The translations under genes were made by a program, and so were the position numbers. From positions 9,279-73,278 of the forward strand of contig CAXGZX010000001.1 in assembly GCA_964014545.1 (NCBI GenBank): 64,000 bases of DNA, in the 5' to 3' direction. The notes under the pieces are model-generated. The model had not been told where the DNA came from, ran no database searches, and was given only the letters and a program-made list of their open reading frames with translations. Shown here one piece after another: positions 52,065 through 61,500 of the stretch. Position 1 is the stretch's first letter. Each line of letters opens with the position of its first letter. Origin of the DNA: an uncultured Candidatus Poseidoniales archaeon (GTDB lineage Archaea; Thermoplasmatota; Poseidoniia; Poseidoniales; Poseidoniaceae).

Positions 52065-53126
52065 ATGTTCATTGGTTCAATTGATTCACATAGCCACGAA
52101 GGTGGTTTACTCGCCTCATTTAGTGGTTCCTCACCAGCACTTGGTTCAATAATTGTTAGTTCTGATGACGGAACTTACATTGGTAAGATTGACGCTGTTT
52201 TAGGCGGTACTGAATCCCCTATCGCCCATATTGCTCATCTTGACCGTAAAATGGATGCTAGCCAATTCATCGGTATAGATGTCAAAATAAGACCCAAAGT
52301 AGAACGGGAGGATCGCTTTGATAGATCTCGAGGCGACCGAAACGACAGGCGTCGTAATGATGACAGAGGCGGGAGAAGAGATGATAGAAGAGATTCTCGA
52401 CGAGATAATCGCAGAGACTTCGGCAGAGACAATCGACGTGACAATTACAGGGATAACCGTTCTAGAGGAAATGACCGCAGAGATTCCCATGGAGACAATG
52501 ATTGGGATTGTCCAAAATGCAACAATTCCAACTTTGCTAGAAGAGTAGAGTGTAACAGATGTGGTGCTCCAAAGCCGGGTGGGGGCGACTCTGGTGACAG
52601 AAGAAACTCTCGGTATGACTCTCGACCGCCAAGAAGAGATAATCGTCGAGACTCTAGAGACCGTAATTTCAATAGACCTGAGAGAAAAACGTTTACTGAC
52701 AATGATTGGGAATGTAAAAAGTGTAATAACTCTAATTTTTCATTTAGAACAGAATGTAATAGATGCGGAGAACCCAAACCAGGTGGTGGAGGCAACAGCA
52801 GAGACCGCGGACCACGCAGAGACGACCGTCAAAGACGAGATAATCGAGGTGGCGGCAGAGACCGTGGACCACGCAGAGACGACCGTCCTAGAAGAGAGGG
52901 AGGTGCACGAAGAGAACGCGGACCACGCAGAGAGCGTGGACCAAGCAGGGATAGTCGTGGAAGTGACAGAGAGCGTGGACCAAGAAGAGAAGGAGGCGGT
53001 CGCCAAGAGCGAGACCCAACCGTTCGTAAATTCCGTCGCGCTAGAGGTAAATCATCTGGTCATGCGCACAACAGAGGACCCCAACCCCTTGATACTCGTC
53101 CACTAAAAAGAAATAGAGATGATTAA
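52065..53126 (+). CDS. Gar1-like beta-barrel N-terminal domain fused to an Arg/Asp- and Arg/Gly-rich low-complexity region containing two RanBP2-type zinc fingers. It is a putative RNA-binding protein.
   Basis: N-terminal IGSIDSHSHEGGLLASF...PALGSIIVSSDDGTYIGKIDAVLGGTESPIAHI aligns with archaeal Gar1 (LGKVLH...LIV...P.L...VVD...IG.V.DVFGPV..PY..I). ZnF1 is WDCPKCNNSNFARRVECNRCGAPKP (~52503-52580). ZnF2 is WECKKCNNSNFSFRTECNRCGEPKP (~52707-52785). Both fit W-x-C-x2-C-x3-N-F-x5-C-x2-C. RDxRR and RGPRR repeats run throughout. Confidence 0.6.
   Translation: MFIGSIDSHSHEGGLLASFSGSSPALGSIIVSSDDGTYIGKIDAVLGGTESPIAHIAHLDRKMDASQFIGIDVKIRPKVEREDRFDRSRGDRNDRRRNDDRGGRRDDRRDSRRDNRRDFGRDNRRDNYRDNRSRGNDRRDSHGDNDWDCPKCNNSNFARRVECNRCGAPKPGGGDSGDRRNSRYDSRPPRRDNRRDSRDRNFNRPERKTFTDNDWECKKCNNSNFSFRTECNRCGEPKPGGGGNSRDRGPRRDDRQRRDNRGGGRDRGPRRDDRPRREGGARRERGPRRERGPSRDSRGSDRERGPRREGGGRQERDPTVRKFRRARGKSSGHAHNRGPQPLDTRPLKRNRDD
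52300..53030. repeat. Imperfect tandem DNA repeats that encode the RD/RG-rich low-complexity region. For example, ggaccacgcagagacgaccgtc occurs twice about 57 nt apart.
   Basis: Seen directly at ~52807 and ~52864, with further degenerate copies (ggaccacgcagagagcgtggacc). Confidence 0.6.
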
Positions 53127-53151
53127 GTGATTCACTCACGAGCGTAGGTAT

Positions 53152-54210
53152 ATGAGTGCTGAAGATCACTACCTTGATGCGTTAGAAGCTCTTGATAATG
53201 GTAACAAAGAAGAAGCTTTGATTCAAGCATACAAAGTAGTAAAATTGGATCCTGAACATGCTGATGCATGGCAAGTGATTTCTGACTCTCATCTAAATGC
53301 AAAAGGACAGGCAGATAACTTAATTGAGGCTTCTAAATCACTGAGTGCCGTCAAGAAAATAGTGAATTTAGACCCTTCCAGAATTGATATGTGGGTAAGA
53401 GGGGGTAGATTACTTGCTGATGAATTAGGATTGATGATCGACGCCCTTGAATGGTGGCAAGAAGTTCGCCATCACGCTCCAGGTGAAGTTACTCCATTAA
53501 TTGAACAAGCTACCATCATGGCTGATTTGGGGCTTTATGAGGAGGGTAGGGAAAGAATTGAGACTATATTGAACGAAAATATGGATGTAGCAACCAGCCA
53601 ATACGGCAGAGTCCACCAATTGCTTGGACTATTCAATTCGGCCATACAACAAGATCAAAATCAATATTTCAAACCCTGGGAAAAGCGTCACCCTGGTTGG
53701 CTAGCAATCGAATCAAAAATGCGCAAACCACCAGTTTCTGAAACCTTCATATTCATGTTAGTTACTGTACCGATTCTGTTTGGTGTCGTTGTTTTATCAA
53801 ACATGTTAGCAGGAGAAGGTTTTACTGCCTTTTGTCTAACCTCAATCGTTATCTTTGTTGCCGTGATTGCCGGGATGAGATTTACCAAGAATATGTTTCG
53901 GAGCATCAACCGACCTGCATTTAACCTACTTAGAGCCATGAATTTTGAGTCTTCCACTGGCTATTCAGTTATTTCTGAAGATATTAAGACCTCAGTACTG
54001 TATATGTATATACTGCAGCGCAAACCTATCGCTTGGCAGGAAAGAATGCTATTGATTGTTGAAGAAGACACTACGCTACCTAAAAACTGGAAGTTGGAAC
54101 TGCCTGATTTTGAGTCACATTTAGATGACTTAGGCTACATTGAAGATGGTGATGAACAATCACCATTCTGGGAAAATGGCGAAGTAGCAGAACCCCATGA
54201 AGAAGAATAA
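53152..54210 (+). CDS. Protein with an N-terminal TPR-like helical domain, a central block of 2-3 TM helices and an acidic C-terminal tail. Function unknown.
   Basis: Helical repeats AEDHYLDALEALDNGNKEEALIQAYKVVKLDPEHADAW. TM helices FIFMLVTVPILFGVVVLSNML and FCLTSIVIFVAVIAGM. Confidence 0.5.
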   Translation: MSAEDHYLDALEALDNGNKEEALIQAYKVVKLDPEHADAWQVISDSHLNAKGQADNLIEASKSLSAVKKIVNLDPSRIDMWVRGGRLLADELGLMIDALEWWQEVRHHAPGEVTPLIEQATIMADLGLYEEGRERIETILNENMDVATSQYGRVHQLLGLFNSAIQQDQNQYFKPWEKRHPGWLAIESKMRKPPVSETFIFMLVTVPILFGVVVLSNMLAGEGFTAFCLTSIVIFVAVIAGMRFTKNMFRSINRPAFNLLRAMNFESSTGYSVISEDIKTSVLYMYILQRKPIAWQERMLLIVEEDTTLPKNWKLELPDFESHLDDLGYIEDGDEQSPFWENGEVAEPHEEE

Positions 54211-55476
54211 TCACGTTCCTGCGTTGTAATCGTCTAAGTAAGCAACTTGCTCGTCAGTCAATGAATCAATATCGAAACCTAGTGTTGCAAGCTTAGTAGT
54301 TGCGAGACCTTGGTCTTGTTCAGTTGTGATATCATACACTATCGGTTGCATATCCTTGCCTTCTTCAGCTAGACGGCAAAGTGCTAGATATTGGTTGGCA
54401 AACGACATATCCATTACTTCTGATGGATGTCCTTCTGCTGCTGCAAGATTAACTAGGCGACCGTCTGCAAGCAGGAAGATTTTCCTACCATCATTCATAG
54501 TATATTCATTATTGTTATCCCGAATGGTTCGCTTACTTGCCGCTAATCCCTCTAAGTCTTCAATATTTATTTCGCAATCATAGTGCCCAGTATTGGAAAT
54601 TATCGCACCATCTTTCATCGAGGCAAAATGTCGCTCAACAATTACGTCTTTCATACCAGTAGCTGTACAGAATATGTCTCCTAAGGCTGCAGCTTCATCC
54701 ATCTTCATGACTCTAAAACCGTCCATTATTGCCCTTAGAGCAGGTAGAGGGTCTATTTCAGTGATAATTACATTGGCACCCATTCCTTGAGCCCTCATAG
54801 CGACACCTTTACCGCAATGTCCGTATCCAGAAACAACAAATGTTTTACCGGCAATTAACACAGAAGTGGCTCTAAGTATCCCATCGATGGTTGATTGACC
54901 AGTTCCGTAAACATTGTCAAAGTCCCACTTTGTGATAGCATCGTTAACTGCGATAACTGGATATTTCAAATCTCCAGCCTTACCCATTGCCCTTAATCTG
55001 TGGACTCCAGTCGTAGTTTCTTCAGTGCCGCCAATAACTCCTGCAGCATATTCTTCCTTTTCGCCGTGAACACGAACGATTAGATCTGCACCATCATCAA
55101 GAGTCAGAGTCGGATTAAACTCTAGTGTCTTGTCGATACACCAGTAGAAATCATCGACGCTTTGACCATGCCATGCATGGATGGAATATCCTTCTTTAGC
55201 AAGCCATGCGGCAACATCATCTTGAGTTGATAATGGATTACAACCAGACCAAGAAATTTCAGCACCTGCGGCGGCTATTGTTTCAATCAATACTGCGGTT
55301 TCTTTGGTAACGTGAAGACATCCAGCAACTCTCATTCCTGCTAGTGGTTTGGTCTTTAGCGCCTCTTCTTTTAGCGCAGCTAAAACTGGCATTCTGGCTC
55401 TTGCCCAATCTACTCTTAATGACCCGGATTCTGCCAGATTCATATCTGCTACTGTGTACTTGTCAGTCTTGTCCAT
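54211..55476 (-). CDS. ahcY: S-adenosyl-L-homocysteine hydrolase.
   Basis: An NAD-binding GYGHCGKGVA-type Rossmann motif and conserved N-terminal and C-terminal AhcY blocks. 421 aa. Confidence 0.9.
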   Translation of the reverse strand: MDKTDKYTVADMNLAESGSLRVDWARARMPVLAALKEEALKTKPLAGMRVAGCLHVTKETAVLIETIAAAGAEISWSGCNPLSTQDDVAAWLAKEGYSIHAWHGQSVDDFYWCIDKTLEFNPTLTLDDGADLIVRVHGEKEEYAAGVIGGTEETTTGVHRLRAMGKAGDLKYPVIAVNDAITKWDFDNVYGTGQSTIDGILRATSVLIAGKTFVVSGYGHCGKGVAMRAQGMGANVIITEIDPLPALRAIMDGFRVMKMDEAAALGDIFCTATGMKDVIVERHFASMKDGAIISNTGHYDCEINIEDLEGLAASKRTIRDNNNEYTMNDGRKIFLLADGRLVNLAAAEGHPSEVMDMSFANQYLALCRLAEEGKDMQPIVYDITTEQDQGLATTKLATLGFDIDSLTDEQVAYLDDYNAGT

Positions 55477-55543
55477 GGGCGACGCTACAACCGGTCACTT
55501 TTGAACTCATTGACTAATTGCCAAATCAGTTTCAAAAATGATG

Positions 55544-58500
55544 TTATCCTTGTTGTTGAATGTATGCTGCTGCATATTGTTGTGCATAAGCCGCAGCAGT
55601 CTGCTCATCATAACCTTGAGTGATAAACTGCTGGTAGTATTGTTGATACGCAGCATCCATCGCAGGGTTGGTGGCAGCTGGTGTTGCTGCTTGAGCGGCT
55701 TGTTGTGGTTGAGCGCCTCCGCCAGCTAGTCCCGCTTGAGCTGCATATTGTGCTGCATACGATCTTGCTGTATCTTCAGGATATCCTTGTGCGATTAGTT
55801 GTTGGACATATTGCTCAACAGGGTCTTGTTCTTGGAAAGCCCCAGTTAGGCTGAAGTCTTTGTAATCTCCATCCATGCCATCTCCTCCGCTTCTTCGTAG
55901 GAATAATAGCGTTAAGACGACTATTAAGACTAAGATAACAGCTCCAACACCTATCAGCATGATATTACTGTCAGACTGAGCACCATCGCCTCCATCATTG
56001 GATGATGGAGCAACCCATTCACCATTTTCTAGAGAATACTCGCCGTCCCAATCACATGCACCATTGATGAAAACCCATTGGCCATCAGGGTCTGCTAATA
56101 TCACTTCATCTGGAACCGTCACTCCACGACAAATTGGTAATGATAATGTGATGGTACTTGGATTGTATAATTGCACATAGTCTGGATCATTTAGCGGGAG
56201 TTGTTGTTCTGCATTCCAGCGTTTTTCTGAATCTTTGGAAGGATCAAATTCGAAAACTCTTATGTAAATTATGACGTCTACCGGTGTATTCGAGTGGAAT
56301 CTATCAATATCTAGACTCAACTCAAAAGAGTCGCCAGTTCCAACCGGAGTCTTTAGAACTGCTAATTCCTTTGTCCCCTTGGCAGTTTCTAATACCCTTG
56401 CGTCAGTTTCGTCTAGTAGAGATTCATTCCAAGTTATTTCCACGTACGTATCACTCTCATCTGAACCTGACACGACAAATCCTGAAAGGTTGTAGAATGA
56501 ATTAGTGTAACCTTGTTGGTCGTCCCAGTTGGTGAATTCAATAACTGGAGGTTCATCACCAAAACCTTGCGGTTTTACATCGAAACAGAATTCCATATCA
56601 TCATCCCATTTACCAGATTTATCGTACACTGTTAACTTAATCTTAATTGGTTGGATTGGTGATTCTGTATTTGGGTTGTAGGTGAGATTTCTACCCGCAT
56701 ACGATTCTCCATTTTCATCAACACCATAACCACCAAAGGTATATTGCCAAACACCCAAACTTGATTCGTATTGGATGTAGGTATTTGCATTGACATTAAT
56801 TGCCTGATCCCACGGCTTATCAAACAGTACTTCCCATTCATACCTCTCAATTCCGTTACCTTCTAGAGCATCAGGATCTGTTGAGTTAAAGGCATTGAAA
56901 TCAATTGGTAGTTGGCCACTTTCATCAAGAGTGATCTCATATTTAGGATAATTATCTAGGCTCGAACAAGTTCCAACATACTCGATGTTGTCTGCATAAC
57001 TGTCTTTCATAACCACATAAGCATCGGCAATTGGGTTGAATGCGTCAGCATTTGCATCATTAGTCTCGACTGTCACTGACAACATTCTTGAATGACCGTT
57101 ATCATCATGCAGCCAAAGAGTAATTGTCCATTGCTCTCCTTGTTTACATTCTCCTTGAGTCCCAATTGACTTACAGAAGTCCATTACTGGTGAAGATTCT
57201 GTTTCAAACAATGGGGATGTGTAATGGTCAATTTGACCTGGAGCCATGGTTCCTAAATCCCAAGACGTTGGTCCAGAAATCAGCCAATCGGTTTGCAAAC
57301 TTACTTGTGCATCTGATTGGTAACTAAAGGTTAGTTGTGCGTTACTCTTCATGTACACAGTTGCATATCCGGCACCTAATGCAGGATCAGGAACTACACC
57401 ATCAATCAAGATATCAGTTCCATCTCTCATTTCACCAAATGGATTTGGATAATCATTTACTTGATATGCCAGGACGTTACTGAGTAAAGCAAAGTCCGAA
57501 CTTGATGCATTACCTGACTTTGCTTCCAAGTCGATGGTGGAAATAATCATTCCACCTTGTCCATAGCTACAAATCCCCAACAGAACATCTTCAATGCTTG
57601 TTGAATCACGAATAATTGGTTGGAAACTTGCAACATTTTGGTTACCTGAGCAAATCTTAGGCACATCAGAAGTAGCCTCGCTACCGATATCTAGTGCTGA
57701 ATTGGCTACTGGAGTGAATACCTCAAAGTTATCCTCATCAATGTTATTCATAATTGGATGGAATTCATCGTATACTTCCATGTCAGCATAGGTTATTTCC
57801 GCACCGTTCGTTTTGTCATCAATCACCAAGCCTAGAGGTAATCTTGGTTCAACATTTGTTTGAAGCCCGTAGGTTTGAGCCCCATGTGGTGCCAAATGCG
57901 CTTGAATTGTACCACCACTGCTCATGAAATTAACTAACACTTGCTTTCGGTCAACATTGCTAACTGTATCAGATATAGTCTTGTAATATGCTTTCCCATC
58001 ATCCTTTGCAGTGTTGAAATCTTGCCACGGCAAGATAATTTTATCAAAGTTAGTAAACCAATTAGTCTTGAAATAATCATCCCAATCATTCATGGCAAAT
58101 TGAGTATAAGACATACCATTAGCCGCAATATCTTCGATGATTCTAGAGGTGCCGCTGGTCTTATCAGATAGTATTGCAATATCGACTTCATCGGCAAATG
58201 TTGCATGGAAATATACTGGATCTCCTGATGGAGTACCATCATCTAGTTGAGCACGGTAACTGATGTTGTATGTGTGTCCATCCTGATATCCGGCCCAAGG
58301 AGTAAACGATAAGGCAATTCTTTCACCATTCAACAGAGATTGGGCTGGTCCAGCACTGACACTGTGGGCAAGAGAGCCTGTGGTCTCGTCAAACACTTCC
58401 ATATAGAATACATAGTCCCCTTCAAGAACTCCATTTGTTGCCGTCATCTCCCAATTATGAGTCAAAGAACTATCAATTGGCAGAACACAATTTTGCCTAA

Positions 58501-61500
58501 CCTCATCCAAACAAGCTAACCTCTTAGGTTGGCTCAAAACAATGTCGACTGATTTTACGTCAAATATAACACGCTTGATGTTATTTGCCGTTGATAATTC
58601 GTCGTTTCCATACCAGTTGGTACCAACTGTGGTATTGTCGAAGATAGTCTCTACTTCAATCATGTATACGCCGGACACGAAATCGTGCTCAGCAATTAGA
58701 TCAGTTGAAGAATCTTCAGCATCTACAGAGGTTCGGCTTATTGAATAAGAGTTATCCTCGACGAAAGTAAATTCCTTCAAAGTGATATTGTTTATTCCAA
58801 CACCTTTGAAACCATCATTTATGCCATTTCTTCCATCATCATCTGAGAAGAAATCGAAGTTTAAGTCAACTGTTGAGTCTGCTAGTGAGATACATTGTGT
58901 ATCCCACTCACCAGAGTCAGGAGAGGTTGTATTCAGAACATACAAATGAGTCAAATCAAGAGTCGTAGTTTTGACCAACCTGTCGGAATTAAAGAATACA
59001 TTCCAATTACCGCTTAGTCCATCGGTCGTTCTTGGGTCGCCAATGTATTCAATCTCCTCAAAGTCGATTGGATTAGTTTCGTTGACTATCCCGTTTCCAT
59101 CTTCATCTATTTGGCAGGTTCCATCTTCATTGTAATCATTCCATTGACCGTAAACAATAGCAGTATTATCAGTAGAATCCTTGGTGAAATCGACCGTCAC
59201 GGCCATGTAATCGCTCGGTTCAATATTGCCTTGTGAGTCTACTTCAAAGAAGGTATCAGCATAATACTCGAATGATAGAGATACGAAATCGCTTTCTAAG
59301 TCTTCAAGGTCAATATCTGTGATGGTCATTGTTTCATTTTCCCATGCGTCACCGTATCCCAGTGTTGCTGTCTGGCAAGGGTGGCCAAACCAGTATGAGT
59401 TACTGTTGAAAACTAAATCAGATGGGCAATCCAAGGTGTCGTTGTATGTTGTACCCTTTGGATTGTTACTTTGAGTATATCTAGTTCCGTCTGTAGAATT
59501 ATCAAACGTGATAATACAATCAGAACCTGGGTTTCCACATTGTACTGTGTCGGGGTCGGCAGTGAATACTGTTGCAGTGACATCAAAGTCAACTATTGTG
59601 TTACCATAGTTGTTAGTGGTAGCTGAAATTGGATATGTTCCTTGAGCGTAAAGCTGACCAGGTTCGAAATAATCTATCGATTCAAGTGCCGGATCATACA
59701 AATTAAACGGCGTCACGTAACCGACAATTTCGTCGTTTAGTACCTGTTCATCCCAACCGTTATTTGATAATACTGCAGAAATACGATAGGTCGTATCATT
59801 CAAAAAGTTGGCTTGCAAATTTGCAACGTATTCTTGACCAGGACCCAAGTTGTTGAGTTGAATTTGAGTTTGTTGGTTTTGTACGTTAGGGAAGAATGCA
59901 GTATTCTGCTTGAAGATGGTCAAGTTATCTACACCAAATCCGTCATTTCCAGTCCAAGTTGATTCATTATCATCTGAAATTGAACCTTCAAAACCGGTTC
60001 TAAATCTGAAACGCAAATCAACTGTCTCTCCAGCCCAAGGGCTTAGGTCAAAGGTGCCTAGTCCGTCATCAGTGAAATTATTCCAGCCGTAGAAAGTATT
60101 GAATGAATATATTCCGTAATAGTAAAGTCCTTCAGCATATCCACCGTACGCATTTTCTTTGAATACTCTATCTAAGTCAAATCCACCCCACATCGAGGTA
60201 CGCGACCAGCAAGCGCCTTCTATGTAGGCAGTTACTGGGCAGCTGATAGTAGACCATCCAGTTTCTTCACTACCAACCTCAATCATTGCTAAATCATCCC
60301 AAACATCACCAACGACAAATCCGTTGGTATCAGCACTACCAAGAGCACCAAAGCCAAGATCTTGGAATAATTCAACACTCATGAAAGCACGGTCTGAACC
60401 TGTCAAATCAACATCTCTTAGCACCATTGCTTCGTCCCAGTTTGCCCCATAGCCAGTCCATTCTCCACCAGTGCTGTTGGTTTTTGTTTCGCCCGACCAC
60501 ATGAAATGAGATGGGTTTAGGTAATTGGCAGAGTAATCTGCTTGCGATTCATCCGGGTCAGTACCAGACCCGCTAGATGGTGTTGTTTGTTCGTTCCAGT
60601 GGTGATTTCCATCGACATAATCGATGTAATCCCAAGTACATCCAGAGCCGCAAGCGCCCACATTTTCAGGAGTATCCCAATCATTAGCATACACGGTTTG
60701 ATTGGTTGAATTGAGTTCATCCACTACCTTTAGTTCAACATCCAAAGTCGCGCTTTGACCATTAAGAACATTCATACCGGTATTGGTTACTGTTACGTTT
60801 ATGTCTCGAAGACCTTCACCAACAACCCCAAAAGAGCGGTCTACTGGAGAAATCTCAATGCCCGAAACGGACAAGTCTTGGCTATCCATCTCAATGACAG
60901 AAATTGTATCATATTGACCATCCCAGCCAAAGTTATCTCTCCAACCACCAAATCTCCAGTTCTTGTGTGCAACAACTATGTCTGGCGCAGAGTTTGCGCC
61001 GCCTGCCAACTGTCCTACTTCTGCTGTGTGCGGTCTTCGGCCAGCAGCATATGACAGAGGACTTAGATGACCCCCACTACCGTCTGAAAGGGTAACTTGG
61101 ATCGAAGTAGGGTAATTAAGGAAGAAATTGGATGAAGTACCTCCAGCGGAGTCGGTGGAATTTTGCTGATACGCAAGCGTTGGGTTGATGAAATCGGGTT
61201 GCTGGTCGCCGTTTAAGTCAGCAACAGTCAAAGTCCATGAAATGTAAGGGCCAAAATAGGCCTTTTGCGGAGATGTCCATGTACCTGAAGTCGATGATGT
61301 GACGTAGGTCACATTCTCGATGTCGGCATCATTTAATGCCAATACATCTGCAGTACCATCGCCATCTAAATCGGCAACTGCCAAATCAGATGAGGTTTCT
61401 GTTTGCATGTTAATCACGTGCTCTCCTACACCAGGAGTGGTGCTGAAAGTGTAAGTTAGTGGGAAAGTATTGGTTTGGCAATTAAATTCAACAATTGACA

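Noticed and set aside
52200-53106. Several ORFs in both orientations inside the Gar1/RanBP2 gene (52200-52490, 52235-52444, 52445-52795, 52561-53106, 52740-53006).
   Set aside because: They are produced by the repetitive RD/RG-coding DNA, which stays open in multiple frames. Only the 52065-53126 frame carries the zinc-finger Cys spacing and the Gar1-like N-terminus.
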